Below are positions 20,757 through 31,430 of a DNA stretch of 64,000 bases, piece by piece; the stretch's first letter is position 1; each line of letters begins with the position of its first letter. The stretch is from an uncultured Candidatus Binatia bacterium (GTDB taxonomy: Bacteria > Desulfobacterota > Binatia > UBA9968 > JAJDTQ01). The translations under genes and the position numbers were made by a program. The notes beneath the pieces were generated by a model. The model was not told the DNA's origin. It saw only the letters and a list, made by a program, of their open reading frames with translations, and made no database searches. Location: the NCBI GenBank assembly GCA_964291295.2, contig OZ219754.1, positions 288,001 through 352,000 on the forward strand. Reading direction: 5' to 3'.

Positions 20757-21953
20757 CTACCCGAGCATCCGGAGGGCGGCGGCGGCGTAAATCCTGGCCG
20801 CCCGGCGCACCTGCTCCAACGGCACCACCTCGGCATCGGTGTGGGCGAAGGCCAGGTCTCCCGGGCCGAACATGACGGTCTCGATGCCCTTCTCGTTCAG
20901 GTAGCCCGCATCCAGCGCCGCCGGGAACCAGACGGGCGGCCCGGTTTCGCCGGCCATCCCGCGCGCCGCCTCCAACGCCACCGCCACCTCGCTGTCTCCC
21001 GGCACCTCGGCGGGATACATGAAGGCGCCCCGGGTCACCTCCACCTGCCAGGGCGCCATGTCCGCCAGCGCCCGGGAGATGGCGGCCAACGCCTCGACGG
21101 GGTCGTCGCCGGGCAGAAGCCGCCGGTCGAGCGTCAACCGGCAATGGTCCTGAATCGTGTGGAGGATATTCGGCCCGCTTTCGATGTGGGTGGCTGCCAG
21201 ACTCGCCTGGCCCAGTTCCGGATGGACGTGGCCCGCCACCAGACCGTCCAGGCGCTCCAACACCGCGCGGGCGCCGTCCACCGCGTTGACCCCGGACCAC
21301 GGCGTGCTGCTGTGACAGGAGCTCCCCCGCACCATCACCTCCACGTCGATCCTTCCCTTGTTGCCCAGACAGACCCGGTTGCCGGTGCCCAGCCCGACGA
21401 TGGCGTGCCGTGCCGCGAGCCCGTCCTGTTCCAGCATGTACCGGGCCGCGTCGTGCCGTCCGGTCTCCCCGGCCGTGCTCACCGCCAGGGACAGGGGGCG
21501 CGCCGGCTTCCGGCCCGACCGCCGCACCGCGGCCGCGGCCGCCAGCATGGCCGCCAGCGCCGCCTTCTGTTCGCAGCCGCCCCGGCCCCACATGCACGGT
21601 CCCTCAAACCCGTGGGGCTCTCCGGGCACGATCTTTCCCGAAAACGGCTCCGGCATGGCGCCCGCCGGATAGGTCATGGCGTAGCCCATGAAGAGCAGCC
21701 CGTCCGCCGGGTCCGCCTGCGGCGGCCCGAGTTGCCACAGGAGGTTGCCCATGCCGTCGAGCCGGGGCGCCACGCCGGTGAGCGCTTCGAGCGCCGGCGC
21801 CACCACACCGGCGATAAAGGCCTTGAGCGCCGGATCGGCTTCCATGCGCTCGGTGTGAACCGACGGGACCCGTACCAGACGGGTGAACAACCCGTCCAGC
21901 CCGGGATCGTCGACGTTCGCGTCCGCGATGACGAAGGCTTCCCGCGCATCCAT
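20757..21953 (-). CDS. ArgE/DapE-like M20 metallopeptidase with atypical metal ligands
   Basis: WGRG, GSSCHSSTPWSGVNAV, LDRRLLPG, FGPGD..AH. Confidence 0.85.
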   Translation of the reverse strand: MDAREAFVIADANVDDPGLDGLFTRLVRVPSVHTERMEADPALKAFIAGVVAPALEALTGVAPRLDGMGNLLWQLGPPQADPADGLLFMGYAMTYPAGAMPEPFSGKIVPGEPHGFEGPCMWGRGGCEQKAALAAMLAAAAAVRRSGRKPARPLSLAVSTAGETGRHDAARYMLEQDGLAARHAIVGLGTGNRVCLGNKGRIDVEVMVRGSSCHSSTPWSGVNAVDGARAVLERLDGLVAGHVHPELGQASLAATHIESGPNILHTIQDHCRLTLDRRLLPGDDPVEALAAISRALADMAPWQVEVTRGAFMYPAEVPGDSEVAVALEAARGMAGETGPPVWFPAALDAGYLNEKGIETVMFGPGDLAFAHTDAEVVPLEQVRRAARIYAAAALRMLG

Positions 21954-21955
21954 GG

Positions 21956-22609
21956 TCAGCGGTCTTCCGTTTCGAATATCTCCACCCGCACCGACTGCCC
22001 CCGGCCGGATTCCGGGCAGGCGCTGAGGGCCACCAGGCAGTCCAGCTCGGCGCGAAAGTCCACGCGGGCCTCTTTTGCGGGACGCACGAAGGTGTCGAAC
22101 AGGGCGCCGCTGTCCGGATCGATGCGCATGGTCTGGAAGATGTTGAACGGGCTCGGGATGTCCACCGGGGCGACGCCCCAGGGCGCCACCGCCTCCGACA
22201 GGTTCTCGTAGCAGCCGTGGGAAGGCATCTCCTCCGGCCTCCCGGGATTGGGGTCCACCCCCTCGATGAAGTTGCGCCGGGCCAGGCCTGCGGCCACCAG
22301 TTCGAAGCGCCTGCGGCTGCACATGCCCTTTTGCAGATCATGCCGTCCTTCGTGGAACGTGTCCGCCACGATGGTCAGCAGCGGATTGTTGAGCTTCGAC
22401 AGGAGCTGGTCTCCGGTGCTGATGAAGAGCTTGGCCTGGTTGGTCTTGGTCCGGGCCTGGTCAAAGCGCTCGGTGAGGTCATGGAGGTTGAAGGCGACGA
22501 AATCCACCACCGACCTCCCGGCCACACGGATGCACCGACCCTTCGTCACCACAAAGGCTCGGCCCGAATTCTTCGGCACCATCACGCTGCCGAGAACGCT
22601 TTCCGACAT
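21956..22609 (-). CDS. DUF1989 / urea carboxylase-associated family protein (paralog of 13365-13997)
   Basis: ERFDQARTK, HDLQKGMCS, HGCYENL, LSACPE. Confidence 0.85.
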   Translation of the reverse strand: MSESVLGSVMVPKNSGRAFVVTKGRCIRVAGRSVVDFVAFNLHDLTERFDQARTKTNQAKLFISTGDQLLSKLNNPLLTIVADTFHEGRHDLQKGMCSRRRFELVAAGLARRNFIEGVDPNPGRPEEMPSHGCYENLSEAVAPWGVAPVDIPSPFNIFQTMRIDPDSGALFDTFVRPAKEARVDFRAELDCLVALSACPESGRGQSVRVEIFETEDR

Positions 22610-22781
22610 CTCTTTTCATCCTCTCCGGCCGTGGCGCTGCAGGCGCCCGGCAGTTTATGACGTAAACCCTCCCGGGTAAAGGCATCCTGACGTCTCACGG
22701 CGTCCTGGCGTCTCACGCTTGCGTTCGACCAAGGCTTCTGCTAATTCGGTTACACACGCAATACCACGAAGGAGAGACATC

Positions 22782-23498
22782 ATGTTCACCGACAAGGTCG
22801 AACTCAAGGACTTCGAGAAGATGGATCCGGAGTACCAGGATCTGCTGAAGCGGGTGCTTGCGATCCAGTGCGACTGCGAGATCGGCGGGCCGCATCTCTA
22901 CCTGGAAGACATTCTTCCCAACGCCCCGACGAAGCTCTATCAACTCGTGGTGGCGCGCACCGCCGCCGAAGAGGTGGACCACTACCGGAAGATGGCCAAG
23001 CTGGCCGGCGACGTCGGCGAGGACGTCTCCTACGTCCTGAGCTGGCCGAACCGGAAACGTTATGTGGAGGCCTTTCGCGGCAAGATCACCACTTGGGAAG
23101 ACTTCGCCGTCTTCGGCTTCCTGATCGACCGGGTGGGGCGGTACCAGCTCGAGGAATTCGAAGATTGCAGCTACGTGCCGCTTGCCGAGATCCTTCCCAC
23201 CATGGAGCAGGAGGAAGTGGCCCACATCTCCTTCGGCACCAACATCACCCGGGAGATGGCCGACAAGGGCGGCGAGTCCAGGGAGCGCGTCCAGCGGGCG
23301 ATCAACTACTGGTACGTCAAGGGCCTGGACATGTTCGGCAAGTCCGACTCCCGGCGCTCCGAGCGATACCGCTACTGGGGGCTCAAGCGGCGCACCAACG
23401 CCGAGCAACGGCAGCAGTACACCGACGAGGTCAACCCCCTGATCACGGACATGGGGCTGGAGATTCCCGACCCCGGAAAGGGCCGTCTCTACAACTGA
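22782..23498 (+). CDS. Ferritin-like diiron protein, PaaA/BoxB (phenylacetate catabolic) family
   Basis: DCEIGG, AAEEVDH, W.DF..F.FL.DR.G.YQL, SYVPLA, EEVAH, DMFG. Confidence 0.8.
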   Translation: MFTDKVELKDFEKMDPEYQDLLKRVLAIQCDCEIGGPHLYLEDILPNAPTKLYQLVVARTAAEEVDHYRKMAKLAGDVGEDVSYVLSWPNRKRYVEAFRGKITTWEDFAVFGFLIDRVGRYQLEEFEDCSYVPLAEILPTMEQEEVAHISFGTNITREMADKGGESRERVQRAINYWYVKGLDMFGKSDSRRSERYRYWGLKRRTNAEQRQQYTDEVNPLITDMGLEIPDPGKGRLYN

Positions 23499-23511
23499 GG
23501 CTGATTCCGGA

Positions 23512-23700
23512 ATGGCAAAGGCACCCCACACCAACGAGTTGGACGAGCACCTGAAGGACTGCGTCGCCGCGGTTCGCGGCGCCGTCAACCGGGCGATCCC
23601 CAACATCAAGGACGAGAAGACCGTCGATCAGGCCCTCCGGGATTGCCGGGAGGTACTGGACATGGTGATGGAGGGGAAGGTATCCGAGTGGCTGGAGTGA
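23512..23700 (+). CDS. Small hypothetical helical protein
   Basis: 62-aa ORF 13 nt after the diiron gene, host-like codon use. Confidence 0.65.
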   Translation: MAKAPHTNELDEHLKDCVAAVRGAVNRAIPNIKDEKTVDQALRDCREVLDMVMEGKVSEWLE

Positions 23701-23817
23701 CGGCGCCCGAAGCCCCGGCCCTCCTCCGGTCCCTTCGAGCCCGTTCGAACTCACGTCGTGGCCCGTCTTGGCCGCGGTTTCCATTGAGTTTTCACTGACC
23801 TGCCGGAGGTTCGCACC

Positions 23818-24597
23818 TTGGACATCGTGGTCTGCGGCAAGATCATACCCGCCAGCACCGTGACCATCGAGATCGACCCCTCCACCCGGCGGATGATCCG
23901 CAAGGGCGTGGCCCACGAACTGGATCCGGCCGCCGCCAGCGCGGTGGAAGAGGCCCTGCGGCTGAAAGAGAAGGATGGCGGCACGGTCACGCTGGTGACC
24001 ATGGGCTTCAACGAGATCACCATCGGCATACGGACCGCTCTGGCCATGGGGTGCACATCCGCGGTTCACATCTTCGACGAGGCATTGGCGGGGTCGGACG
24101 CCCTGGCGACAGCCAAGGCCCTGGCGGCGGCCATCGCGAAGCAGCCCTTCGACCTGGTCATCTGCGGCACCGAGAGCAGCGACAGCTATTCCGGCATCGT
24201 GCCGGGCCAGATCGCGCGGCTCCTTGGAGTGCCGCCGGTCACCTTCGCCAACGAGATGACCGTCCAGGGCTCCACCCTGTCCATCCAGCGGCAGAGCGAG
24301 ACGGGCTACGACGTGGTCGAGGCCGACCTGCCGGCACTGGTGACGGTCACCAGCGGCATCAACGAGCCGCGCTACCCCCAGCTCAGGGGCATCATGGCGG
24401 CCAAGCGCAAGGAAATCCTGCAATACTCGATCCAGGATCTGGGGCTCACGGCGGACGACGTGGGCGAGCGGGGCGCCCGGGAAAGGGTGCTCGAGGTAGG
24501 CAGGCCGCCGAAGCGCGAGGCCGGTGAGGTGGTGCAGGACGAGGGCGACGGGGGCAGGCGCATCGCCGACTTTCTGGCCGAGGCCAAGGTCGTATAG
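23818..24597 (+). CDS. etfB: Electron transfer flavoprotein beta subunit
   Basis: AVEEALRLKE, GSDALATA, INEPRYP.LRGIMAAK; TTG start after GGAGG. Confidence 0.93.
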   Translation: MDIVVCGKIIPASTVTIEIDPSTRRMIRKGVAHELDPAAASAVEEALRLKEKDGGTVTLVTMGFNEITIGIRTALAMGCTSAVHIFDEALAGSDALATAKALAAAIAKQPFDLVICGTESSDSYSGIVPGQIARLLGVPPVTFANEMTVQGSTLSIQRQSETGYDVVEADLPALVTVTSGINEPRYPQLRGIMAAKRKEILQYSIQDLGLTADDVGERGARERVLEVGRPPKREAGEVVQDEGDGGRRIADFLAEAKVV

Positions 24598-25560
24598 ATG
24601 TCCGACGTTATCTGGGTCTATGGCGAGGTAGTGGAGGACGCCGTCAGTTCCACCACGCTGGAGATGGTGACAAAGGCCGCGGAAGTGGGCACGGCGGAGG
24701 CGATCCTGCTCGGTCCGGCCCCCGACAACGCGGTGGAACTGCTGGGCCAACACGGCGCCGGCAAGGTCTATCGGTCGCAAGACCCGGTCTTTCGCGACTG
24801 TCTGACACTGCCGGCGGTGGCGGTGGTCGAGTCGCTTATCCGCGAGCACGAGCCCGCGGTGCTGATGCTGGCGTCGAGCTACGGCGGCCGTGACGTGGCC
24901 GCGGCCTTGAGCGCCAGCCTCGACTGCGGTGCCATCACCGACGTCGCCGACTTTGACCTGACGGACGGCACCGTCGAGGCCAGGATCCCCGCCCTGGGCG
25001 CCAGCTACTGGAACACCGCCACGCTGGTGCACGACGATGTCAAGCTCCTGCTCGTGAGGCCCAGGGCTTTCGAACCCGCGCTGAAACCCAGGACCCCGGT
25101 GGTGCAGGAAGTCGCCCCCCCGGATGACGTGAATCTCCACAGAGTCCGGCTCAAGGAGAAGGTCGCCGCCAAGGCCGAGGGTCCCCAACTGGACAGCGCC
25201 AACGTCATTGTCGCCGGCGGACGCGGCTTGGCCGGGGCCGAGAATTTCGACATGCTGCGGGAACTGGCCGACCTGCTGGGCGGCGCCGTCGGAGCCACCC
25301 GCGCGGTGGTGGACTCCGGTTGGCTGCCCTGGTCCCTGCAGATCGGCCAGACCGGCAAGACCGTCAAGCCGGACCTCTACATCGCCTGCGGCATCTCCGG
25401 CGCGGTGCAGCACCTCGCCGGCATGAAGGACTCCAGGATAATCGTCGCCGTCAACAAGGACGCCGACGCCCCCATCTTCCAGATGTGCGACCTGGGCATC
25501 GTGGGCGACGTCTTCAAGGTCATCCCCCAACTGATCGACGAACTGAAGGCGCGGAGGTGA
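24598..25560 (+). CDS. etfA: Electron transfer flavoprotein alpha subunit
   Basis: [42 protein letters not shown]. Confidence 0.95.
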   Translation: MSDVIWVYGEVVEDAVSSTTLEMVTKAAEVGTAEAILLGPAPDNAVELLGQHGAGKVYRSQDPVFRDCLTLPAVAVVESLIREHEPAVLMLASSYGGRDVAAALSASLDCGAITDVADFDLTDGTVEARIPALGASYWNTATLVHDDVKLLLVRPRAFEPALKPRTPVVQEVAPPDDVNLHRVRLKEKVAAKAEGPQLDSANVIVAGGRGLAGAENFDMLRELADLLGGAVGATRAVVDSGWLPWSLQIGQTGKTVKPDLYIACGISGAVQHLAGMKDSRIIVAVNKDADAPIFQMCDLGIVGDVFKVIPQLIDELKARR

Positions 25561-25846
25561 GGCGCAGGGTCTGTTGACGCCAGGCCCGGTCCATGGTATC
25601 CTCGCTCCATATCCTTGCTCCGTATTGCTGACACGCCATCCAACCCCCTCGGGAGCGAGCCGTAACCGGCCCCGAGGGGTTTCTTTACATACGCGCTCTA
25701 CCACCCGTGCCTCGCCAGGCGGTGCCTCGCCAAGTGTCGCAAAATCGTCGACCAGAACGTCACTGATCGACGATCCCGTCGGCGGCGCCCCACCGGAGAA
25801 ACCTGCAAGACCGCATCATTACCGGGGCTTGGCGTGGTCCGTGGTC

Positions 25847-25862
25847 TGGCACGATTGTTGCT
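25847..25862 (+). promoter_or_regulatory. sigma54 (-24/-12) promoter
   Basis: TGGCAC-GATTG-TTGCT, an exact fit to TGGCAC-N5-TTGCW. Confidence 0.75.
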
Positions 25863-25919
25863 CTACAAGGATATCGAAAAACCGCCTCAACCGAGGCCGT
25901 CTCAACCGAGGAACTCACG

Positions 25920-26147
25920 ATGCAATCACTCACGCTTCTGGACGTGATCAACGCCGTAGGCGAATACGCCAGGACTCCCGACGAAATGAAGGCCGTGGTC
26001 ATCCACCTGGTCAACAGCGGCAAGGTGAAACTGCGCGGCGAACTGGCCGGCTGCAAGATCGACTGCGGCCCGGATGGGGCGCTCAAGCTCGTCACCATCG
26101 GATCCCGGACCGTTCTGCCCCAACAGGCTCTGGACCAGGCAGGGTAG
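25920..26147 (+). CDS. Small hypothetical protein
   Basis: 75-aa ORF with GAGGA RBS, downstream of the sigma54 promoter. Confidence 0.7.
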   Translation: MQSLTLLDVINAVGEYARTPDEMKAVVIHLVNSGKVKLRGELAGCKIDCGPDGALKLVTIGSRTVLPQQALDQAG

Positions 26148-26416
26148 CGGCCCGCAGCCGCGGGTGATGCGACACGCACCGAATTCCCGACGGTGCTCGA
26201 CAGCGCAACCGTCCGATCCTCGACAGCCGACTCTTCCGGCGGGCGGATGAATGCCGGCGGCTACGGCTCCACCCTCGTGGCACCCGATAGCGTCTTTGAC
26301 CGCCGCGATGCCTCCACCATGATGAAAGAGGACGGCTGCCCGCTGCTTCAGGTCCGCAGCGCCTTTCCGTACCGGGGATTGACCATCGCCCGGAGGATGC
26401 AGGGTATGGATCCCGC

Positions 26417-27982
26417 TCATGCGGGTTCGGCGCGGAGGTCGAGGAAGTTCCACGCCTCGCGCCCGCAAGCCACGCCGATCAGGTGGACCGGGCCGTCGTG
26501 CTCGCGGTAGGTCTCCGCATAGCCCCGCTCGCGCATCTGCGCCATCGCCGCGTCCAGCGCGGCAGCGCCGTCCTCCTCGCCGTCGGCCATCTTGAACTCC
26601 AGCACGAAGACCTGCCCGCCGAGACGCAGCACCATGTCCGCGCGGCCGCGATGCGAGGCCTCCTCCACGCTCAGGTCGGCGCCAGCCGAGCGCAGGCACA
26701 TGTAGAGAAGGCTCGCATACCAGGCCTCGTAGCGTGCCAGATCGCCCTTCGCATGCCACTGGTAGGGAATCCCCGCGAGCCAGGCGCGGAGCTTCTCGCC
26801 GAAACCCGCGAAGTCGTTCGCCTCCAGCAGCGCACAGAACTCCCGGCCCCGCTCCAGCGGCTCGGCGTCCCTCGTCCCCAACCACGCGAGCAATCCTCGG
26901 CTCAGGCTGACCCGAACCTCGAGGTTGGGAAAGTCCAGCCGGTAGAGAGCGTCGAAGTCGTCCTGTTCCTCCCCCGCGATGGTCAGGTATCCGGTCTGGA
27001 AGAGCAGCGCCTTGATGTCGATGTCTCCGACATCGAACTTCGAGACCCGTGACATGTCCGCCAGTCGTCCCTCCAGTTCCATCGGACTCACGGACTTCTC
27101 CATCAGCACCCGAAACAGGAAGTTCGGTGATCCGGTCTCGAACCAGTAGGGACGGAATTCCCTGCTGTCGAGCAGCAGGAGCAAGTCATGGGGATTGTAG
27201 ACCCGCTCCCCGCCCCGCCAGTGGTAGCCGTTGTACCAAATGCGGATCTTCTCGCGGTCCAATCCCGCCAGTTCGGGACCGAACACCCGGTCCAGATCCT
27301 CGTCACGATAGCCGCAGATCGTGGCGAAGCGAGGATCGAGGCTGATGTCTTTCAGATTGTTGAGCCCCGAGAACAGGCTGACCTTGGAGAACATGCTGAC
27401 CCCGGTGACGAAGACGAAACGAACATGTGCGGCGCTGTCCTTGACGATGCCGTAGAAGCCGCGCAGATAGTCCCGGTTGGCCGTCGCGAGCTCCGGATCG
27501 TGGAGCACGTCGAGGATCGGCTTGTCGTACTCGTCCACCAGCACCACCACCTGCCGGCCGGCGGCGCCGTGAAGGCGGTCGAGAACATTCCGAAGACGCC
27601 TCGGGCCGGTATCGGACGTCCGGGCGGGCGAGAGGCCGTGCTCGCGTTCCACGCTCTCCAGTTGCTCGATGATGTCCCCTTCGATCTCGCCGGGTTCGTT
27701 GTATTTCCCACCGAAGCTCAGCCACACCACCGGATGCGGCGAGGACCAGTCCCAGTGGGGGTGGATGGCCAGCCCCCGGAACAGGGGGTCGTGGCCGGCA
27801 AACAGCGATCGCAGCGTGTCGAGCAGCAGGCTCTTGCCGAAGCGGCGCGGACGGGACAGGAAATAGTGGCGACCCTCGTCCACCAGCTTCCGGACGAGTG
27901 ACGTCTTGTCGACATAGTAGAAGTCCTCGCTCCGGATCGTCGGGAAGTCCTGTATCCCGATCGGAAGATGGCGGCGGGTCAT
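26417..27982 (-). CDS. AAA-ATPase-like protein with C-terminal PD-(D/E)XK nuclease-like domain (DUF1703 type)
   Basis: LPIGIQDF, YYVDKT, LSRPRRFGKSLL, LVDEYDKP, GRADM...VLEFK...Q...Y. Confidence 0.9.
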   Translation of the reverse strand: MTRRHLPIGIQDFPTIRSEDFYYVDKTSLVRKLVDEGRHYFLSRPRRFGKSLLLDTLRSLFAGHDPLFRGLAIHPHWDWSSPHPVVWLSFGGKYNEPGEIEGDIIEQLESVEREHGLSPARTSDTGPRRLRNVLDRLHGAAGRQVVVLVDEYDKPILDVLHDPELATANRDYLRGFYGIVKDSAAHVRFVFVTGVSMFSKVSLFSGLNNLKDISLDPRFATICGYRDEDLDRVFGPELAGLDREKIRIWYNGYHWRGGERVYNPHDLLLLLDSREFRPYWFETGSPNFLFRVLMEKSVSPMELEGRLADMSRVSKFDVGDIDIKALLFQTGYLTIAGEEQDDFDALYRLDFPNLEVRVSLSRGLLAWLGTRDAEPLERGREFCALLEANDFAGFGEKLRAWLAGIPYQWHAKGDLARYEAWYASLLYMCLRSAGADLSVEEASHRGRADMVLRLGGQVFVLEFKMADGEEDGAAALDAAMAQMRERGYAETYREHDGPVHLIGVACGREAWNFLDLRAEPA

Positions 27983-28439
27983 CGGTCTCTCCCTTCGCGG
28001 CGCCGGAACCTGCGGCCAAGCGGGGCGCGCGGGACTTCCCCTGTGGTGGCTCCGAATGCCCCGGAACGGCGACGTCGCACGCACGGCCGCGCTATCCGCC
28101 TGCCTGTCCATGAGCAAGGGATAGATACGGCCAAGGCGAACATGACGGGCAACCCGAAATTCGTCCAGGAGATGTTCCGCTTCGTTCGAAACCCGGACGC
28201 CCATGTTGCGGAGCGGCGCCGGGGAGAAAGTCACTTTGCGTCGTGAACCGTTCGGTCCTGTCGCCTGAGAATACACCGCCCACCTGTTCTCGTTACGGCG
28301 CGCGTCTGCAACCGGTTCCGGTTGGGTTGCGGACTGCCGCGACAGGTTCGCTGCGGTCGTACAGGCCAAGCCGGCCGAAGACGGGAATTCGGCATGCGGC
28401 ATGAAGTCATGACGCTCGTGCCGAGCGAAGTTGCGCCGC

Positions 28440-28735
28440 ATGGTCGGTAGCGGCGGTCCGGGTGTGGGGTTGCAGCGCGACCGCGCCACGCGGCTTTCGT
28501 CTTTTCGTCCCCCTGCGATCATGTCCTGAATGGCAAACGGCGAGGCCCTTGAGACCGGATTTCGGGTGTCGGTGCCGCAGAGTTCCCGTCGTTCGAGAGC
28601 TTCGATGGCGAGTTCGACCGGGAACGGGTTGGTGCTCGGGGCGACCCCCTGGTGGCCGCTTCGATGCGTTCCCACGGTTCCGGGAGCACGCAGACACGCT
28701 TGTTCAGCGTTTTCCTGCCTGCGGAATCGGTCATG
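28440..28735 (-). pseudogene. Probable frameshifted small gene remnant (boundaries approximate)
   Basis: MTDSAGRKTLNKRVCVLPEPWERIEAA in one frame appears to continue as VELAIEALERRE...QDMIAGGR in another. Confidence 0.4.
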
Positions 28736-29628
28736 GTTGTCGCTTCTGTCGGATGCGGGATGAGCCGATGCGGCCAACCCGGCATACGATCGATGCCCTC
28801 GGTCCACGGTCAGTCTGCGCTTCAACCGATCGACGCCCGGATCGAATGCGACGCCATCCTCGCTGGAAACAGGACCTGGATCGCACGTCAGCCGGCACCA
28901 CCGATCAGCGGCGCGAGGCCGATACCACGATGCCCGGGAGTATTCGATCCGTGGCAGAAGGTCTGCGCGATCATGCTGCAGGCGGCGCATGCGCACGTCA
29001 TCGACAGCGTGTCGATCGCCACCGATCGGTGGCAGATCTTCCCGGCACGTCAGAACGGCGCACATCTGCGACCGGTCACCCTCGTGCGCACTCCGCACCG
29101 ACAGCCGCAACCCCGGTGTTGAGGGCACCGTCGGTGCGTCAGACGTGCCGAAACAACGCCATCGGGCAGGGTTGCCTGCGCACCGTCACCGCGGAAACGC
29201 ATGCTCCAAAAGGAGTTGCAGCCCGCCCGGCGCTTGAGCGAGACGACCGGTGCGCGATCTTCGAGCGCGTCCCGCGTTCACGAGCCAAGGTAACAGAACG
29301 GGTCGCGCGGCGGAAGGATCCTGCGCCGTCCGTCACACAGGGCACACCGAACGCCGGAACGGTGGCGGGGTTGGTCTCGCAGTGCAGACGGTGCGTGTCT
29401 CCTGTTCCCGCAGCGGACCGGTGAACGACAACAGCGCCGGTATCACCGGCGCTGCGGTCTCGGTTCACTTGCTGCCGCAAGCACAGCGACCCTCCGTGCA
29501 CCCGTTCCCGCGGCGTCACCCGTGCGGATGCGTTGGCAGTTGCACGGGCCGTTGCAGTCGGAGGCGGCCACGGCAGCACCTGCACGACCGCAGGCGGCGC
29601 TCGACAGCTACACCGTGCGCGGCGCGGG

Positions 29629-31158
29629 CTACTGGACCGGCGGCCGATCCAGGCTGCGGTACTGGATGGCTTCGGCGATGTGCGGCGGCTGGATCTCTTC
29701 GGCACCGGCAAGGTCGGCGATGGTGCGGCTGACCTTCAGGATGCGGACGTAGGCCCGGGCGCTCAAGCCAAGCCTGCTGAGGGCGGCCTCCAGGAGTTGC
29801 TCTCCGGCCGCGTCCAGCGTGCAGTAGCGCTGGACGTCGCGCGCGCTCATGCGCGCATTGGCGTGGTATCCCGCCTGCTGGAAACGTTCGACCTGGATTC
29901 TCCTCGCCTGGTTGACGCGTTCACGGACGGCCGTGGAGGGCTCGCCCGGCGCACGGGACGCCAGCGCCTGGTACTCGACCGCCGACACGTCCACCTGGAT
30001 GTCGATGCGATCGAGCAGAGGCCCGGACACGCGGGAGCGGTAGCGGGTGATCTGCACGGGGGTGCAGCGGCATTCCTTGTGCGGATCGGAGAAAAACCCG
30101 CAGGGACAGGGATTCATGGCCGCCACCAGCATGAAGCTGGCCGGATAGTCGATGGAGCCGGCGGCCCGGGCCACCGTGATGCGGCCATCCTCCAGTGGCT
30201 GGCGCAGCACCTCAAGGACATTCCGGCGGAACTCGGGAGCCTCGTCGAGAAAGAGCACACCGTTATGGGCCAGCGACACCTCTCCCGGCTTCGGCACCGT
30301 GCCTCCGCCCACCAGTCCCGCATCGGAAATGGTGTGGTGCGGTGCCCGAAACGGCCGAATGGCCACCAGCGCACGGCCATCGAGCACCCCCGCCACGCTG
30401 TGGATCTTGGTCGTCTCCTGCGCCTCCGCCAAGGTCAGGTCCGGCAGTATGGTGGGGAGCCGCTTGGCCAGCATGGTCTTCCCGGAGCCCGGCGGCCCCA
30501 TCATGAGAACGTTGTGGCCGCCGGCCGCCGCCACCTCCAGCGCCCGCTTGGCGTGGGGCTGACCGCGGACGTCGCTGAAGTCGGCGTCATGAACGGCATG
30601 CTGGCGGAACAACCGGGCGAGGTCCACCCGTGTGGGCTCGATGACGCGCTCTCCGTTCAGGAACTCCACCACCTCGGCAAGGCTTTCGACGCCGAAGACA
30701 TCAATGTCCTGGACCACCGCGGCCTCGGCGCCGTTGGCGGAGGGCAGGATCAACCCCTTCAGGCCCTGCCGCCGCGCCGCCGCCGCGATGGGCAGCGCCC
30801 CGCGGACGGGCTTGACCGCACCGTCCAGGGACAACTCCCCCACCAGCACGTAGTCGGCGAGTCGGGATGCCTCCACGGCACCCTGGGCGGCGGCGATGCC
30901 CAGGGCCATGGGCAGGTCGTAGCCCGACCCTGCTTTCCTGACGTCGGCGGGCGCGAGGTTGATGGTGATCCTTTGCGGCGGGAACGGGTAGCCGCAGTTC
31001 CGCAACGCCGCCCGTACGCGCACCTTGCTCTCGCGCACGGCACCCTCGGGCAGACCGACCATGGCCAGCTCCGGGAGGCCCGAGGCGATGTCGACCTCCA
31101 CCGTCACCTTGAGCGCGTCGATGCCGTGAAGCGAAACGCCGTAGATCCTCGAAAGCAT
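29629..31158 (-). CDS. comM: YifB/ComM Mg-chelatase-like AAA ATPase
   Basis: [58 protein letters not shown]. Confidence 0.95.
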   Translation of the reverse strand: MLSRIYGVSLHGIDALKVTVEVDIASGLPELAMVGLPEGAVRESKVRVRAALRNCGYPFPPQRITINLAPADVRKAGSGYDLPMALGIAAAQGAVEASRLADYVLVGELSLDGAVKPVRGALPIAAAARRQGLKGLILPSANGAEAAVVQDIDVFGVESLAEVVEFLNGERVIEPTRVDLARLFRQHAVHDADFSDVRGQPHAKRALEVAAAGGHNVLMMGPPGSGKTMLAKRLPTILPDLTLAEAQETTKIHSVAGVLDGRALVAIRPFRAPHHTISDAGLVGGGTVPKPGEVSLAHNGVLFLDEAPEFRRNVLEVLRQPLEDGRITVARAAGSIDYPASFMLVAAMNPCPCGFFSDPHKECRCTPVQITRYRSRVSGPLLDRIDIQVDVSAVEYQALASRAPGEPSTAVRERVNQARRIQVERFQQAGYHANARMSARDVQRYCTLDAAGEQLLEAALSRLGLSARAYVRILKVSRTIADLAGAEEIQPPHIAEAIQYRSLDRPPVQ

Positions 31159-31430
31159 GCCAGTATCACTATCGGCAGCGGCGCACCGGATCTTTAGCCG
31201 GCCTCCGGCGAAAGCCGCGCGCCAGTCATGACGCGGCGGGCGGTGCGCGCCCGGAGCGACTGAAGCGAACCGGCGGGAACGGGCAACTTGCCAGCGCCAG
31301 GAAATCCTGCCAGGATGTGTCATGGCCGGCAGGATGACGCGGAACCACCACGAAGCCCGGGCGCACGTCTGGGCTTTTTTTGTACGATTGGCTGTACGAC
31401 TGCCTGTACGATTGTCTTCGAGGTGAACGG

